Source: a virus. From it: 60,535 nt of DNA. This document shows, one piece after another, positions 7,811-17,457 of the stretch. The position numbers and the translations under genes are program-made. Numbering within the stretch: position 1 is the first letter of the stretch; each line of letters opens with the position of its first letter. The stretch lies in the IMG/VR virus record IMGVR_UViG_3300045988_170019, positions 1 through 60,535 of that record, one strand, 5' to 3'. Below the pieces are notes generated by a model. The model was not told the origin of the DNA. It saw nothing but the letters and a program-made list of their open reading frames with translations, and did no database searches.

Positions 7811-10800
7811 ATAATATCGCTGTCACAGTTGCCATCAACGCACATGAAGCAATTCGCGTCGCCATATTTATCAATAGCTTCAATGGCGTCATCAACCAAC
7901 TTTTGATAGTAACGTTTGTCAATACAGTCTTCTTTTTTGAATGCTCGTACCATTTCTGATTCAAGCCATCGGTAACCAGTTGTTCCGGTAACAGCATAAT
8001 TTTTACCGTTTTGAACGCGATACAAAATACCACCGCCACATCCTTCTTTAATTGGACAAAATTGTCCAACTCGTCCTACAAATTTAAGATTGTGGCCTTT
8101 TGCAATATCATCAAGAAGCTCTTTTGGAATTTCTTTTCCAGCTTTTTTAATTTTTGCAGCTTCTTTTTCAAGATTTGCAACTTCTGGATATCCTTCGTTC
8201 ATATCGAGGAAAATATCACCTGCTGTTACATTTTTGGTCTCGCACAAATCCTTAAATTCGATTGGTTCCTTGCTAAATAGTGTCTTAAATACATAGGGCA
8301 CTGCGAATTGTGTTCCTGTAGCGGTCCATTTGTTATCTTTGGTATAAGCAACATATACAGCGTCATTTACAAGGCACATCTTTTTGTATTCGGATTCCAC
8401 TTCAAAGTCATAGCCATATTTCTTACCAAACTCGATAATAAACGCTTCTGTTTCAGGACTTGGATTATCAATTTTAATCGAGTCTGTTTTAATATGAACC
8501 ACATGAATACCTTTTTGTTCAAGCTGGTATTTAAGTTCTGTCATGAACAACGCACCGCGTTTTGCAACAATATTATCCACATTTCGTTCATCCCGGAACA
8601 AATTCGGAAAGTGCGCTGCGGTAAGACCATAAACCGCGTTAATTACGATTTTCAGTGCACCTGCTAAGTTCTTTAGTTCATCATCGGAAGCATCAGCATA
8701 TTCTGCAAAGGCTCCGCCAAATAGTGTTTGAAGAGCTGCTTTATCCCGGTGCTTAATTGCAATACGGACATCAACCAGTTCTTTAAATCGTGCTGTATAC
8801 CGATCGCCAAAGAGATTTAAGGCAATAATACTATGCGGGTGCATTGAGGCAACGTCAAACGTCTTCAAATTGTACCAGATACCATAATCGGCATAGACCT
8901 TACCCCCTTCCCCCAAAATATCACCACGATAGGTCGATTTGCCGTTCGCGAATTCGTATCCTGGAAAATGGTTCCATTCATGATAAACTCCAACGCTGTC
9001 CCCCATTTTATAGCTCATACCAGTTGCAAAATTGGTATAAACAAATTCCTTTTGAGGATTTTTATCTCCCTGGAAAATTAGTTTTCCGGTGAGCTGATTA
9101 TTGGTGTCGTTGGGAGTCCCGTTTGAAATTTTAGCCAAAGAGCAGCGAGCGTGGAAGTCATCCTGAATCTTTTCATAATTAAATAGTGCTTCGGTTGCAA
9201 GTACGTCATTATCACAGTATTCGGCGACTTTAGGCCACAAATCTTCTGGCACAGGTTGGTCCCATGGAAGCCCAAGTTCCTGATGGTGAATTCCAAGAGC
9301 AATCTCCCACTTTTTCAGACTTTGCTTTTTCTTTGCAAAATCATAAATGTCGGTATAGCTCAAATTGTATGCTTCACCAAATTTGGCATTTGGGCTTTTA
9401 TCCACGATGATCTTCCGTGAAAGTTCATAAATCTGTTCCGGCGTATAGCCAATCATGCAAGCATAGATCATATGATTATCGTAATCTCGGTTATTGAACC
9501 CAACCAGACGATAATGAGTAATCATCTGCTCAATTTCTGCCGGTTTTGGATTAATCATTCGAATAACTTTCTTTCCGTCACCAGCCACTTTGTAATTCAC
9601 AAGGAAGAGATTCGGAAATACTTCAACATCATAAAATGCAATCGGAGCTTCTTCCCAAGGTACGGTTTCAGCGGGTTCGTCTGATTTAAAATGCATTTCA
9701 TTTACCAGCGCAATACAAGCATTCGCCTGATGAGTAGAGGATAAAGCAAATGCCTGAATGTCAGGTCGTAAATCGGTCACATCATAGTGCACCCCCTGAG
9801 CGTATGCCTTATCAAGAATGTGCTTAATGTGTTGAATCGAGGGTGTTGTATTCGGATGAATTTCTTTTGCAAGATTTCGCTTGATTGTCGTTCTAATACC
9901 TTTTTCGGTCGTAACGACATTCATATCCAGCATCTTGTCGTCTCCTTTCAATGGAAGTCCCGATGAAATAGTTGCAATCGGTAGGTCGTTGCATTTAGTC
10001 AGCATTCGACGCAGACTTGCATTCCCGGTGTAGACTTTAACCTCAATATCGTCATCATAAATTCTGGAAAGTTTTGTAGGGTCACCAGAATAAATGTAGT
10101 GTAAATGAATTCCTTTTCCGGACTTAGACGTTTCAGCATAAGTTTTCGGCCATTTGCTTGCCGCTACCAAATTCTTTTCAAAACTCTTGAATCCAGATTC
10201 ATCTTTAAGGTCAAAGTCAATTACAATATGATGCGCATCGGGCAATTTAACATAATGTAGCCTATGCGGGTTGAGGTCACGAAGTTTTGTCGTAACATTC
10301 GTCCATTTACTCATCGGCTTGTCGTCTGGGGTTGCATATTGTGCAGGGCAATCCGCTAAAATATCATCCAGAATCGAATGCTGTTCAGTTAATTCAATCC
10401 AGTTTTTTTCGGTAGGGAGATCTTTTTCCGCTTTCCTCCCCCCGTCCTTAACAATAGTAACGTTAAACTTATTTCCATCAAAATTATAGTAATAGCCTTG
10501 TGTCATGCTACCATCCTCGTTTTGATGCCGTTCTTCATAGTCTTTAAAATAATTTTTAAGTTCTTCTTTGAATTGTCGTTTTGGATATGGATAACTTACT
10601 CGTGCCTCATCACAATATTGATTATACATTTCCCATGCTGTTTTTAAGGTCGTACAATTTTCGCGATTAAAGACATAAAACGAATCTTCGACAAAATTAA
10701 AGAAGTCGTTTGATGCCCCCATCATATTAATCGGAACATAATCATCGTAATATTCTGGATCTTCCAAATAAATCTGTTTACAGTGCCAGGCAATCGCTCC

Positions 10801-11763
10801 AAGTTCAAAGTCCATCTTTTTGACAGCTTCATTGTATTTTCGTACCGGAACCTTGTTGCCAGTTGGCGTAACATCAATTAGTCTTCGGATAATACCCGAT
10901 TTTGCATCACTGATTCGTACCGGCTTATTGGTGCCCATAAACAAAAAAGACCGAAATCGATTTGAATACGCAGATTTAAACTTCTCGTTTACAGTCATCA
11001 ATTCATGTGAAACAAGAGAATTTAGTCTTGTATTATCCTCAATCCGGCTCAAATCTCCATCGTGCTGAATAGCAACCAATGGGTTTTGCTTAAAAGATTC
11101 CAGTGCAAACGCATTATTAGGATTTCCCAGCGCTTTTGCATCGAATACCGAGTAATAGCCATCAAACAATTTTTGAATCAGATTTAGTACCGTTGACTTA
11201 CCAGAACCTGGAGGACCATATAGTACCTCAAATTTCTGGATATTTTTCGAATCTCCAGTAACAATTGCTCCAATCGCCCATTCAAGTTTTTTGCGTTCTT
11301 CTGGAGAATACAAAACACTCATTAGGCTGTCATATGCAGAAATATCACCTTCTTCAATCGGATAGTTTAATTTCTTTGTAGCATAATCGGATTTTTTAAT
11401 TTCCTCGTTAGCAAATATCACCCGTTCGTCAAGCATCTGGTAGTTATCCCGGCATTGTCGCTGGCAGTATTTGTGCCATGCATCGATGCTGCCGGTTCTT
11501 GCATTCCACATCCACTTGACGGCGATTTTATCTTCTGGATGCCGTTTTTCTACTTTATCGTATTCATTCTGAAGTTCAGCATCCACCATATTAATAACAT
11601 CTTCTTCGTCCGCAGACCATAGGCCACGTTCCTCAACCCAGACAGCATAAAAATCGCTGCCTCGAATCATAAGATCTTTGGAACGTTTGATTACAAATAT
11701 TGGATATACTTCCCACTCGCCTTTTTTGATCTGCTGAGACGTAACTCTCAGAAAATCAAGCAT
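7804..11763 (-). CDS. SF3 helicase / AEP primase-polymerase / family-B DNA polymerase fusion (1319 aa)
   Basis: SF3 helicase: aa183-190 GPPGSGKS, AIQHDGD, FMGTN. AEP primase: aa513-518 VIDFDL, aa548-556 SGKGIHLHY. PolB: aa711-715 YDVEV (ExoI), NNRDYD (ExoII), YCDNDV (ExoIII), DVASMHPHS (motif A), KIVINAVYG (motif B), IKTDS (motif C). Confidence 0.85.
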   Translation of the reverse strand: MLDFLRVTSQQIKKGEWEVYPIFVIKRSKDLMIRGSDFYAVWVEERGLWSADEEDVINMVDAELQNEYDKVEKRHPEDKIAVKWMWNARTGSIDAWHKYCQRQCRDNYQMLDERVIFANEEIKKSDYATKKLNYPIEEGDISAYDSLMSVLYSPEERKKLEWAIGAIVTGDSKNIQKFEVLYGPPGSGKSTVLNLIQKLFDGYYSVFDAKALGNPNNAFALESFKQNPLVAIQHDGDLSRIEDNTRLNSLVSHELMTVNEKFKSAYSNRFRSFLFMGTNKPVRISDAKSGIIRRLIDVTPTGNKVPVRKYNEAVKKMDFELGAIAWHCKQIYLEDPEYYDDYVPINMMGASNDFFNFVEDSFYVFNRENCTTLKTAWEMYNQYCDEARVSYPYPKRQFKEELKNYFKDYEERHQNEDGSMTQGYYYNFDGNKFNVTIVKDGGRKAEKDLPTEKNWIELTEQHSILDDILADCPAQYATPDDKPMSKWTNVTTKLRDLNPHRLHYVKLPDAHHIVIDFDLKDESGFKSFEKNLVAASKWPKTYAETSKSGKGIHLHYIYSGDPTKLSRIYDDDIEVKVYTGNASLRRMLTKCNDLPIATISSGLPLKGDDKMLDMNVVTTEKGIRTTIKRNLAKEIHPNTTPSIQHIKHILDKAYAQGVHYDVTDLRPDIQAFALSSTHQANACIALVNEMHFKSDEPAETVPWEEAPIAFYDVEVFPNLFLVNYKVAGDGKKVIRMINPKPAEIEQMITHYRLVGFNNRDYDNHMIYACMIGYTPEQIYELSRKIIVDKSPNAKFGEAYNLSYTDIYDFAKKKQSLKKWEIALGIHHQELGLPWDQPVPEDLWPKVAEYCDNDVLATEALFNYEKIQDDFHARCSLAKISNGTPNDTNNQLTGKLIFQGDKNPQKEFVYTNFATGMSYKMGDSVGVYHEWNHFPGYEFANGKSTYRGDILGEGGKVYADYGIWYNLKTFDVASMHPHSIIALNLFGDRYTARFKELVDVRIAIKHRDKAALQTLFGGAFAEYADASDDELKNLAGALKIVINAVYGLTAAHFPNLFRDERNVDNIVAKRGALFMTELKYQLEQKGIHVVHIKTDSIKIDNPSPETEAFIIEFGKKYGYDFEVESEYKKMCLVNDAVYVAYTKDNKWTATGTQFAVPYVFKTLFSKEPIEFKDLCETKNVTAGDIFLDMNEGYPEVANLEKEAAKIKKAGKEIPKELLDDIAKGHNLKFVGRVGQFCPIKEGCGGGILYRVQNGKNYAVTGTTGYRWLESEMVRAFKKEDCIDKRYYQKLVDDAIEAIDKYGDANCFMCVDGNCDSDIIA

Positions 11764-11767
11764 TACA

Positions 11768-12031
11768 TTATTTTTCCTCCTTATGATGCATGCTGCACTG
11801 ACAAGACCGTTCCTCTAATTCCTGAATTTTATTCTGGAGTCGAATCTTATTGAGTTCATTCCCCATGATATAAACCGCAATAGCAAAGCCCATAAAACCG
11901 GTCAGAGTGCCATTACGCCGTACCGCTTTCGCCAGCTGATGCGTAAAATTATCATTTGCTCGCAAAGCACGAGAAATGGCATGAAAACTATTTGCAGCCT
12001 GGCGATTAAACATATCCTGATAGAAGTTCAT
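11768..12031 (-). CDS. small membrane protein (87 aa)
   Basis: Start set at the ATG after AAAGGAGAAC. One TM helix (LTGFMGFAIAVYIMG). Confidence 0.5.
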   Translation of the reverse strand: MNFYQDMFNRQAANSFHAISRALRANDNFTHQLAKAVRRNGTLTGFMGFAIAVYIMGNELNKIRLQNKIQELEERSCQCSMHHKEEK

Positions 12032-12044
12032 AATAAGTTCTCCT

Positions 12045-12578
12045 TTAACCAATTTCGTTTAGGTACCAACACATCTGGTACCAAATTTCTACTGTTCGCA
12101 TATCTTTTGGCGGATTTCGTACAAAAAATAGACCACCTTTCCCTTTTGGGGAATATCGATGGTCCATCCAACGCATTAGAATCGTATCAACAAATGCTTC
12201 ATCATAATTATCGTTAATCATTCCGCCAAGGCCCAAGGTATCAATCATATTCCAAAACCAAAGGCCAGTCCGATTTCCGATATCAGTATTGCACATAATG
12301 GTCTCTTCACATCGCAGACTTAGGGCAATCATCATTTCGAGCACCGAGCAATCTCGGCAGTCAAGAGTATTTGCAATCTCAGCCTGCGTATAGCCAAGTG
12401 CGCTGCCGTATCGATACCGCAAATCGCAGCCATCCGCTGAACGGTTCGAGTCCATTGGAATATCCCAACGGAATGCTATTTCATCCAAATGTCGTAATAG
12501 TCTGGAATAACTATCATTATTTGTAACTTTTTGCACAAGCCAATGATAATACCCATCCCGAATATCTTCTACAGTCAT
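12045..12578 (-). CDS. hypothetical protein (177 aa)
   Basis: Track ORF with a GGGAGGAAGA SD. Confidence 0.6.
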   Translation of the reverse strand: MTVEDIRDGYYHWLVQKVTNNDSYSRLLRHLDEIAFRWDIPMDSNRSADGCDLRYRYGSALGYTQAEIANTLDCRDCSVLEMMIALSLRCEETIMCNTDIGNRTGLWFWNMIDTLGLGGMINDNYDEAFVDTILMRWMDHRYSPKGKGGLFFVRNPPKDMRTVEIWYQMCWYLNEIG

Positions 12579-12590
12579 TCTTCCTCCCCT

Positions 12591-13184
12591 TTAAGGGCGA
12601 CCACTGTTTCGAGCATAGCTGTCCGAGTAATTTTCTTCATCCAACAGAATTTCATAATCCGTTTTCAGTCTATCGTTTCGGACAAATACGGAATCATCTT
12701 CATATTCCCCAAAATGCCCAAGGGATTCAAAACCAATGCTTTGCTGAATCTCAGTGTCGTCCATCATTTCATTATTTTCATCAGCCACAATTTTGTCTGC
12801 ATAGAATGTAAGCGTAATCTTGTCATACTCCTCAATTTCTCCAAATTCTTCGGGAGTAATAATATAAGGTTCATCGCGAGAAGGAACCGACATCGATGAA
12901 TAATCGGCGTAGCCGTGTTTTTCAATTTCAGATTGAATGCTAGAGGTCTCGACCAAAGGCTTATCCTCGCGAGGTTTTTCTACCGCTTCTTTTTTACGGA
13001 ATACCCGTTTTGGTTTTACACCGGCTTCTTCCATGGCAGTATCGTACTCTTTTTTAGCTTCGTCGATTGCTTCATTGGCAATTTTAGTATATTTTTTCTG
13101 GCTTAGATACCATCCAATACCACCACCAATTACCGTTCCAACCAATGCACCAATCAAGATTCCAAGTTTATTCATCATTTTCAT
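12591..13184 (-). CDS. single-pass membrane protein with acidic C-terminal domain (197 aa)
   Basis: Gly-rich N-terminal TM helix (LGILIGALVGTVIGGGIGWYL). Confidence 0.6.
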   Translation of the reverse strand: MKMMNKLGILIGALVGTVIGGGIGWYLSQKKYTKIANEAIDEAKKEYDTAMEEAGVKPKRVFRKKEAVEKPREDKPLVETSSIQSEIEKHGYADYSSMSVPSRDEPYIITPEEFGEIEEYDKITLTFYADKIVADENNEMMDDTEIQQSIGFESLGHFGEYEDDSVFVRNDRLKTDYEILLDEENYSDSYARNSGRP

Positions 13185-13326
13185 CCTCTCGTATCGTTAT
13201 GACGGTTGCTGCTAATCCTGCAAATAAGGCAGAAGTGCTCAACAGCAATCCGCCAACAATATGCCGTTTGCGTTTAGAGTCAAGAATGTAGTCAAGCATT
13301 GCAACGATGTTGTCCAGCCCGTCCAT
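13168..13326 (-). CDS. small membrane protein (52 aa, below cutoff)
   Basis: MDGLDNIVAMLDYILDSKRKRHIVGGLLLSTSALFAGLAATVITIREDENDE. GGAAAGGA SD. Confidence 0.35.
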   Translation of the reverse strand: MDGLDNIVAMLDYILDSKRKRHIVGGLLLSTSALFAGLAATVITIREDENDE

Positions 13327-13429
13327 GTTTTACGTCCTTTCCGCCGGTCAATACAGCTACGCCACCAAAAAAGCAGAGACCAGCCATACCTGCAAATGCG
13401 TAAGAAACGGTTTCCAAAATCTTAGCCAT
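13292..13429 (-). CDS. small membrane protein (45 aa, below cutoff)
   Basis: MAKILETVSYAFAGMAGLCFFGGVAVLTGG... Strong GGGAGGAGGAAG SD. Confidence 0.45.
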   Translation of the reverse strand: MAKILETVSYAFAGMAGLCFFGGVAVLTGGKDVKHGRAGQHRCNA

Positions 13430-13460
13430 AATTCTTCCTCCTCCCAGTAAATATCACCCG

Positions 13461-14387
13461 TTAAATCATGTCGATAATCGGGCCATCAACATTAAAGTCA
13501 AGCAGAATAGAACGTTCGGCACCATTCACAAAGTCACGATTTGCCTTGCGATAACCGTTATAAATACCGAAATCAATAAAGCCATCACACTTCGGCTTCT
13601 TCGGGTCATAAATCCAGCCTACAATCTGACCTTCACGAGTGCGGTCAATACCCAGGCAATCATAAACATCATTCAGGAACAAATAACCCTGAGCTTTCAA
13701 TTTATTATTGCAGTAATTCTGCTGATTGGTCAGGAACAACAAGTTGTAATCGGCAGATTTTTCCCAGTTGGGGTTGTACTCGTCAAAGAATTTGGCATAC
13801 GGAGACCAATTATTGTCAAAGGTTTCCACCAATTTCTTTTCCGTTACCTCCTCACCTTTGTCGTTTGTAGTCTTTTCCTCAATTTCTTCAAGCTTTAGAC
13901 CATATTTAAATTTCTTATCGGCAGCCTCGCCGAGTTCTTTCACGACATTGGCACGATAGTTCTTAAACTCATCACTTACTGCGCAATAAGCACCAACAAG
14001 AGCAATGTGGCGCTTACGCAGGATATTGTGACCAACGCAAATCAGCGCAATAGAAGCAGCACCAACTGCAATACTCGGGCCATAAAGCTTACCGAGTTTT
14101 ACGGCAGTCTGACCAATCAGAATTGCTTTATCCTTCTGAGCATCCTCTTCGCTGTAACGGTCAGCGTAAGTCGGATCAAGAGCAGTGGACTTAATCATGT
14201 CCATTTTATCGTTTGCATCGGTAATGATTTCTTCAACTTTCAGAGTTGCTTTGCATGCCATAACAGCAGCACCAATGCCACAGCCAATACCGGCAATCAC
14301 CATAATTTCAGGGGACGCTTTTTTAACTTTCAGGCCGGTAACTTTAGCGGTGCGCATTACATTTTCAAAAATATTAGCGATTTTCAT
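13461..14387 (-). CDS. membrane protein, paralog A of a 3-member family
   Basis: N-terminal TM pair (IMVIAGIGCGIGAAVMACKAT / SIAVGAASIALICVG) and overall similarity to 16455..17216 and 17765..18523. Confidence 0.6.
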   Translation of the reverse strand: MKIANIFENVMRTAKVTGLKVKKASPEIMVIAGIGCGIGAAVMACKATLKVEEIITDANDKMDMIKSTALDPTYADRYSEEDAQKDKAILIGQTAVKLGKLYGPSIAVGAASIALICVGHNILRKRHIALVGAYCAVSDEFKNYRANVVKELGEAADKKFKYGLKLEEIEEKTTNDKGEEVTEKKLVETFDNNWSPYAKFFDEYNPNWEKSADYNLLFLTNQQNYCNNKLKAQGYLFLNDVYDCLGIDRTREGQIVGWIYDPKKPKCDGFIDFGIYNGYRKANRDFVNGAERSILLDFNVDGPIIDMI

Positions 14388-14631
14388 TTGTGTCATACTC
14401 CTTTACAAAGATGTCTTTTTTATCGTTTAAACTCAGCAGATGATTCAAATACCAAATGGCTTTCTTGATGTCTTCCTCGCCATTTTTGTGTTTTGCCCTG
14501 ACAATATACTTCAGTGCATTCCCTATATCAAATGCCGCTACTCCACTGTATTCCTTCGACACCGCAGCAATAATGTCGATTGCTTCCATCCCATTAAGCT
14601 GATAATGGTCAGGATGATTCACATGTTCCAA
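14374..14631 (-). CDS. DUF3310-like phage protein (85 aa)
   Basis: The pattern HPDHY..G.EAIDII......F..GNALKYI.RA..K......KA.WYL matches my recollection of that family. Confidence 0.45.
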   Translation of the reverse strand: MEHVNHPDHYQLNGMEAIDIIAAVSKEYSGVAAFDIGNALKYIVRAKHKNGEEDIKKAIWYLNHLLSLNDKKDIFVKEYDTNENR

Positions 14632-14641
14632 AATATCACCC

Positions 14642-15289
14642 TCACTTCAATGCCTTACATCTCGGCAAATCGAGAATCCATCCATCACGATCGCGAACAG
14701 CTCTAGCGCCGGAAATATCAGTCCAGCCAAAATCGTTATCCGTTTCTCGAATCAGATCTTCTCGACCGCACATATCATACAAATCAAGTACCGTAACCCA
14801 GCCAAATTCTTCAATACTGACTTCCATGCTTTCCAAAACATTATCTGCATCCATTTTTGTTGGCAGTACGATGTCATCAATCTGGTATCCGCGACGAATT
14901 CGTGCTACAGGCGGGGTTTTGGTACTAGAGTTATCATTTCTGTCGTAATAGGAAGAATACGAGGTATAAGATACTCTCGCGTTACTACTCCGTCTTGGTT
15001 TTGCGTTAGGACCCCAGATTAAAGCCCTACCAGCATCACCAAGAAAACCAATCACACCGGAGAAGCTTTCATCCAGCATTTTCTTTGCTGCCGGAATAAA
15101 AATATTGGTGAAAATGTACTCTTCAATATCTTTTTTATTTTCCAACGCAAACAAAGATTTAATCTGCTGACCAAGAGTTTTCTTTCTGGCTGTTGCACTA
15201 CCAGTAATGACTTTCTCCATTCGTGGTTTTTGCTTTGTGGTTCCGGTTTTCTCTTTATGACTATTGCCGGGAAGATTGTTATAATCCAT
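14642..15289 (-). CDS. hypothetical protein (215 aa)
   Basis: Start moved from the TTG to the ATG after GAGGTA. Confidence 0.6.
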   Translation of the reverse strand: MDYNNLPGNSHKEKTGTTKQKPRMEKVITGSATARKKTLGQQIKSLFALENKKDIEEYIFTNIFIPAAKKMLDESFSGVIGFLGDAGRALIWGPNAKPRRSSNARVSYTSYSSYYDRNDNSSTKTPPVARIRRGYQIDDIVLPTKMDADNVLESMEVSIEEFGWVTVLDLYDMCGREDLIRETDNDFGWTDISGARAVRDRDGWILDLPRCKALK

Positions 15290-15297
15290 ATAGTACC

Positions 15298-15486
15298 TCA
15301 AAGTTTCTTAATGGTTCCAGGCAATCGGATAACTGTGTTTGGCGGAAGTCCCATTTTCTTTTTCCATCGATAAGTTAGATTACTTCGCGCCTTTTTCTCA
15401 CTAATTGCCCAGGTTGTTGTTTTATAATGGCGGTCAATTACTTCATCAAATTGCAGCACCGGCCCTTCATATAAATATTCGTTCAT
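15298..15486 (-). CDS. hypothetical protein (62 aa)
   Basis: Start set at the second ATG for correct SD spacing (TAGAGG). Confidence 0.5.
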   Translation of the reverse strand: MNEYLYEGPVLQFDEVIDRHYKTTTWAISEKKARSNLTYRWKKKMGLPPNTVIRLPGTIKKL

Positions 15487-15518
15487 AAACATCCTCTATT
15501 CGATTTTAATTAAAGGAA

Positions 15519-15773
15519 TTATCGCCTTGCGCTTGGTTCCTGAAAAGAACGCTCATAATAAGATCCATAATATGGACGCTTTCTAGTGGTATCGTCATTC
15601 AAACTTTCAGAGATATATTCAAAAATAACTTTTTTCGTACGTTGCTTAATCTCATAATTGATTGCGTCTTTAACGGCATCGCTTTTCATTACAATTTTTA
15701 CAAGCCCAATTCCACCGACAATGATTCCAACGGCTACACCGGCAGTAAAAGCTCCAAAAGATTTCATAATCAT
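15519..15773 (-). CDS. single-pass membrane protein (84 aa)
   Basis: Gly-rich TM helix FGAFTAGVAVGIIVGGIGLV. Confidence 0.55.
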   Translation of the reverse strand: MIMKSFGAFTAGVAVGIIVGGIGLVKIVMKSDAVKDAINYEIKQRTKKVIFEYISESLNDDTTRKRPYYGSYYERSFQEPSARR

Positions 15774-15785
15774 TCTCCTTTGTAT

Positions 15786-16019
15786 TTATCGTGAAAATAA
15801 ATTCATAATGGCATTCTCTATTCGTTCCATGCTTTCGGTTTGCCATTTTGCATAGTCGTCTACCAAAGCATTTTCACGTTTTATGCATTCATCTCTTGAA
15901 ATTTTGTTTCTTTTTTCTTTCAATTTAAGAATGCAGAGCTTAATTTCCGATTTAACCCATTCAAGTTTATTACCAATTTGGGCCGCAAGATAAACGATGC
16001 AAAAATTGATTAGTTTCAT
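15786..16019 (-). CDS. hypothetical protein (77 aa)
   Basis: Start set at the ATG after GAGGGA. Confidence 0.5.
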   Translation of the reverse strand: MKLINFCIVYLAAQIGNKLEWVKSEIKLCILKLKEKRNKISRDECIKRENALVDDYAKWQTESMERIENAIMNLFSR

Positions 16020-16063
16020 AATTAGTCCCTCACAATTCTTAAGCAATAAAAATATCACCGGAC

Positions 16064-16105
16064 AAAAAAGAAAAAAAGGAAACCCTATGTTTCCATAGAA
16101 TTTCC
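16064..16105 (-). terminator. intrinsic terminator, conserved CTATGGAAACATAG-type hairpin
   Basis: Minus strand: GGAAATTCTATG-GAAA-CATAGGGTTTCC followed by a long T-run. Confidence 0.65.
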
Positions 16106-16120
16106 TTTTGAGTATTCCAA

Positions 16121-16381
16121 TTATTCTTCAGGTTCTTCCTCCTCAGATTCTTCAACAATTTCAGTCTCTTTCCAAGGGAATCGTCCAGAGTGATGTCCGT
16201 CTTTTTGTTTCAGTTTCCTCAAAGCCTCCTTGCCCTTATTAAAAGCAAATCGTCCAATTGTAATACCACCGACAATCGCCAAACCAAGCACAACGAGACC
16301 AGATTTATCATCATTCTTTTCTTCCGTAACCGGAGCAGTCTCTTCAACGATTTCCTCGTTCATAACCTTGTTTTCATCCAT
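16121..16381 (-). CDS. single-pass membrane protein with acidic termini (86 aa)
   Basis: TM helix LVVLGLAIVGGITIG. C-terminus is EESEEEEPEE. Confidence 0.55.
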   Translation of the reverse strand: MDENKVMNEEIVEETAPVTEEKNDDKSGLVVLGLAIVGGITIGRFAFNKGKEALRKLKQKDGHHSGRFPWKETEIVEESEEEEPEE

Positions 16382-16425
16382 AGTAATAATCTCCTTTTAT
16401 AAAAATAATTTTGGATTTTTACTCC

Positions 16426-16449
16426 ATTAAATGGGCTGAATATTTCGCG
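16426..16449 (-). promoter_or_regulatory. Promoter-motif copy (CGCG-N14-TAWAAT)
   Basis: Minus strand: CGCGAAATATTCAGCCCATTTAAT then GGAG. Confidence 0.5.
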
Positions 16450-16454
16450 TATTG

Positions 16455-17216
16455 TTAAAAATTGTCATAGTTGTAGTCAGGACCGTTTGCGTAACTGACT
16501 ACAAGACACGGTTCGTCATTAAGGTCTTTTGCAATTCCGGTAGAAATATCAACCTTCATCAACCCGCCAAAATTAAAGGACCACCCAAGGTCTTCGCCAA
16601 TAGGTAGCTCTTCCAGCCCCAATTCTGTACAGAAAGTGTTAAAGCTGGCTTGACCTTCCGTATTAAGGATGGAATTCACTTCGTTTTCGGCTTTTTTAAT
16701 TGTGTTGACAGAAGACCGAAAATATCTCCCGCTCACAACTTCATAGCACAGCGTGTTGCCACCGGTCGTTGAGATAATCTCTTGTTTTGAAGGAGGATTA
16801 TTCTCAATTTTCTTAGCTGCTACCGTATCCTTAATTTTTTCAAATTGCTTTGGCGTTGTGAGTTCTTCAGCTGTTTCTTTAAAATCCTTCAAATTAGCTT
16901 CAGACAGTGCGTAAGCAGCAACCAATGCAGCATGTCGATGAATGCTCATGCTATTCGCACCAATCAGGCAAATAGTGGAAAGTGCTGCTGTAATAAACGC
17001 CGGTGCATAAACCTTTAAACCGGACTTTACAATTTCAATCTTTTCCGGTTTTCCTGTTTCATATAAAGATTTTCGGACCAATTCGTATTTGGGCGTTGCT
17101 TTATAAACTAGATATCCACTTGTCCAGAATCCGCAAATACCAGCAACCGTCAGGATTGTCGGCATATTTTTCTCCACTTTTTTAGAAAGATTTTTGAGCA
17201 TTGTTTTGCAATTCAT
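16455..17216 (-). CDS. membrane protein, paralog B of a 3-member family
   Basis: Shares TM pair, LCYE..SGRYF.S and LGL...IGEDLGW blocks with 17765..18523 (LCYDCLSGQKFKS, LGLNMVKMGDSIGW). Confidence 0.6.
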   Translation of the reverse strand: MNCKTMLKNLSKKVEKNMPTILTVAGICGFWTSGYLVYKATPKYELVRKSLYETGKPEKIEIVKSGLKVYAPAFITAALSTICLIGANSMSIHRHAALVAAYALSEANLKDFKETAEELTTPKQFEKIKDTVAAKKIENNPPSKQEIISTTGGNTLCYEVVSGRYFRSSVNTIKKAENEVNSILNTEGQASFNTFCTELGLEELPIGEDLGWSFNFGGLMKVDISTGIAKDLNDEPCLVVSYANGPDYNYDNF

Positions 17217-17229
17217 ATCGTTCTCCTTT

Positions 17230-17262
17230 AAAAAGAAAAAAGAGAAAGGGCTTGTTCAGCCC
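17230..17262 (-). terminator. intrinsic terminator
   Basis: Minus strand: GGGCTGAACAAGCCC followed by TTTCTCTTTTTTCTTTTT. Confidence 0.6.
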
Positions 17263-17417
17263 TCGCTCTGTTTATTGAGTTCGTTAAACTTCTTTTCAAC
17301 CAAATCGTTTACTCGTTCTTCCTCCTCCTTTTCATCGATAAATGTCTGCGCTGCTTCCAGCAACAAACCGCCGATAGTTAGGACTCCGCCAAGAATTTTC
17401 AATGTACCAAGTTTCAT
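17256..17417 (-). CDS. small single-pass membrane protein with acidic tail (53 aa, below cutoff)
   Basis: MKLGTLKILGGVLTIGGLLLEAAQTFIDEKEEEER... AAAGGAGTGA SD, own promoter motif and own terminator. Confidence 0.5.
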   Translation of the reverse strand: MKLGTLKILGGVLTIGGLLLEAAQTFIDEKEEEERVNDLVEKKFNELNKQSEG

Positions 17418-17433
17418 TAAAGTCACTCCTTTC

Positions 17434-17457
17434 ACTTAAGGACGTGTTTATTTCGCG
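17434..17457 (-). promoter_or_regulatory. Promoter-motif copy (CGCG-N14-TAWAAT)
   Basis: Minus strand: CGCGAAATAAACACGTCCTTAAGT then GAAAGGAG. Overlaps the NAK* end of the upstream gene. Confidence 0.5.
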
